Source: the human T2T-CHM13v2.0 reference genome, Homo sapiens. Taken from it: DNA of 64,000 nt. The notes under the pieces are model-generated. The model worked only from the letters and a program-made list of their open reading frames with translations, had not been told where the DNA came from and did not search any database. The stretch is taken from the NCBI GenBank assembly GCA_009914755.4, contig CP068257.2, positions 1,440,001 through 1,504,000 of the forward strand, written 5' to 3'. Shown here in pieces: positions 62,601 through 64,000 of the stretch. Both the position numbers and the translations under genes were made by a program. Numbering within the stretch: position 1 is the stretch's first letter; each line of letters opens with the position of its first letter.

Positions 62601-64000
62601 TTACATCAAATATATATTAGGTACATAAAATATGAAAGTACATCAAATATAGATTATATACTGTACATAAAATATCAATGTACCCCAAATATATATTTTA
62701 TACTGTACATGAAATATCAAAGTTCACAAACCATATATTGTATACTGTACATAAAATATCAAAGTACCCAAGGTATGTATTCTATACTGTACAAAAAATA
62801 TCAAAGTACCCAAAGCATGTATTATATAGTGTACATAAAATATGAAAGTACATCAAATATATATTTTATTCTGTACATAAAATACCAAAGAACACCAGAT
62901 ATATATTCTATAGTGTACATAAAATATCAAAGTACACAAACTATACATTATATACTGTACATAAAATATGAAATTACATCAAATATATATTATATTAGGT
63001 ACATAAAATATGAAAGTACATCAAATATAGATTATATACTGTACATAAAATATCAAAGTACCCCAAATATATATTATATACTCTACCTGAAATATCAAAG
63101 TTCACAAACTATATATTATATACTGTACATAAAATAAAGTACACAAAGTATATATTCTATACTGTACAAAAAATATCAAAGTACCCAAAGCATGTATTAT
63201 ATACTGTACATAAAATATGAAAGTACATCAAATATATATTTTATTCTGTACATAAAATATCAAAGTACACCAGATATATATTCTATAGTGTACATAAAAT
63301 ATGAAAGTACCCAAACTATACATTATATACTGTACATAAAATATGAAATTACATCAAATATATATTATATTAGGTACATAAAATATGGAAGTACATCAAA
63401 TATAGATTATATACTGTACATAAAATATCAAGGTACCCCAAATATATATTATATACTCTACATGAAATATCAAAGTTCACAAACTATATATTATATACTG
63501 TACATAAAATATCAAAGTACCCAAGGTATATATTCCATACTGCACAAAAAATTTCAAAGCACCCAAAGCATGTATTATATACTGTATATAAAATATGAAA
63601 GTACATCAAATATATATTTTATTCTGTACATAAAATATCAAAGTACACCAGATATATATTCTATAGTGTACATAAAATAACAAAGTACACAAACTATAAA
63701 TTATATACTGTACATAAAATATGAAATTACATCAAATATATATTAGGTACATAAAATATGAAAGTACATCAAATATAGATTATATACTGTACATAAAATA
63801 TCAAAGTACCCCAAATATATATTATATACTCTACATGAAATATCAAAGTTCACAAACTATATATTATATACTGTACATAAAATATCAAATTACCCAAGGT
63901 ATATATTCTATACTGTACAAAAAATATCAAAGTACCCAAAGCATGTATTATATACTGTACATAAAATATGAAAGTACATCAAATATATATTTTATTCTGT
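50645..64000. repeat. Copy 2 of the large segmental repeat (equals 1-13356). It runs into the window end, so its true extent is unknown
   Basis: Same evidence as for copy 1. Only two single-base differences were noticed in ORF-covered parts: atgaaa at 4429 versus atgtaa at 55073, and taggtacat at about 7850 versus taggaacat at about 58494. Confidence 0.9.
53148..55669. repeat. Second occurrence of the 1,261-bp doublet (53148-54408 and 54409-55669), within copy 2 of the large repeat
   Basis: ORFs 53252..53443 = 54513..54704 and 53307..53696 = 54568..54957. They correspond to 2608/3869 and 2663/3924 at +50,644. Confidence 0.85.

Larger units (their letters stand above)
1..64000. repeat. Continuous tandem satellite array of a ~42-bp AT-rich monomer (consensus approx. 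CTGTACATAAAATATCAAAGTACCCAAGGTATATATTCTATA); same orientation across the whole window, no unique sequence
   Basis: Direct reading: every 60-nt line is made of recognisable monomer variants (ctgtacataaaatat..., gtacataaaatatgaaagtacatc..., etc.). The ORF track shows the same 14-aa-periodic peptides from 50 to 64000, all on the + strand. Base composition of the consensus monomer is A18 T13 C7 G4. Confidence 0.95.

Noticed and set aside
50-63680. The many + strand ORFs in the six-frame track (63-614 aa; for example 8196..9284, 21086..22174 and 33602..35446) as protein-coding genes
   Set aside because: They are translations of the 42-bp (14-codon) satellite monomer in its one stop-free frame. 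The peptides are 14-aa periodic and low in complexity. ORF boundaries coincide with monomer indels. Identical ORFs recur only because the underlying DNA blocks are duplicated. There are no start-context signals and no frame-specific conservation.
1-64000. CRISPR array, suggested by the regular short direct repeats
   Set aside because: There are no unique spacers. The repeat units are contiguous and mutually similar along their whole length, organised as a higher-order satellite. The 26% GC and multi-10-kb extent are uncharacteristic of CRISPR. No leader or cas context is present.
1-64000. Transposable element or terminal inverted repeats, suggested by the recurrent TGTACA palindromes and TATATA runs
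   Set aside because: The palindrome occurs once per 42-bp monomer at a fixed phase, so it belongs to the satellite unit. Nothing has flanking inverted repeats, target-site duplications or an internal ORF. No non-satellite insertion was seen anywhere in the window.
1-64000. The 50,644-bp repeat as a pure sequence-overlap artefact of a contig or circular clone
   Set aside because: Only partly rejected. The two copies differ at two or more single bases (4429/55073 and about 7850/58494) and the intervening 37 kb is not a simple concatenation, which argues for distinct physical copies. An assembly collapse or misjoin of a long satellite cannot be excluded without long-read validation, so this is kept as a caveat under the finding.
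1-64000. rRNA, tRNA, telomeric (TTAGGG-type) repeats, promoters and terminators
   Set aside because: I found no sequence resembling rRNA or tRNA structure, no telomere-type hexamer arrays, and no unique regulatory context. Everything I read is satellite monomer, so I could not support any such feature.

Overview
The whole 64-kb window is one uninterrupted, single-orientation, AT-rich (~26% GC in the consensus monomer) tandem satellite array. I found no genes, RNA genes, CRISPR arrays, transposon insertions or unique sequence anywhere in it. The monomer is ~42 bp, with consensus roughly CTGTACATAAAATATCAAAGTACCCAAGGTATATATTCTATA. Monomer subtypes alternate in a fixed order, giving a higher-order repeat (HOR) of nine monomers (378 bp), with 8-monomer (336 bp), short 373-bp and 12-monomer (~505 bp) variants. 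Near-identical multi-kilobase blocks recur above that level, at offsets of 1,261, 2,530, 5,630, 6,136, 6,886, 12,890, 19,776 and 50,644 bp. The largest relation is that window positions 1-13,356 are repeated at 50,645-64,000; across the stretches covered by identical ORF-track translations I found only two single-base differences. Every ORF in the supplied track comes from the period being 42 bp, which is 14 codons, and from one stop-free frame on the A-rich strand. The translations are 14-aa periodic peptides rich in Y, I, K, Q, S and T, and I judge none of them to be coding. What is of interest here is the architecture of the array: nested segmental amplification, mosaic junctions, a more diverged zone at about 32-50.6 kb, and helical phasing of 4 turns per monomer. 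I could not assign the organism or satellite family from the sequence alone.
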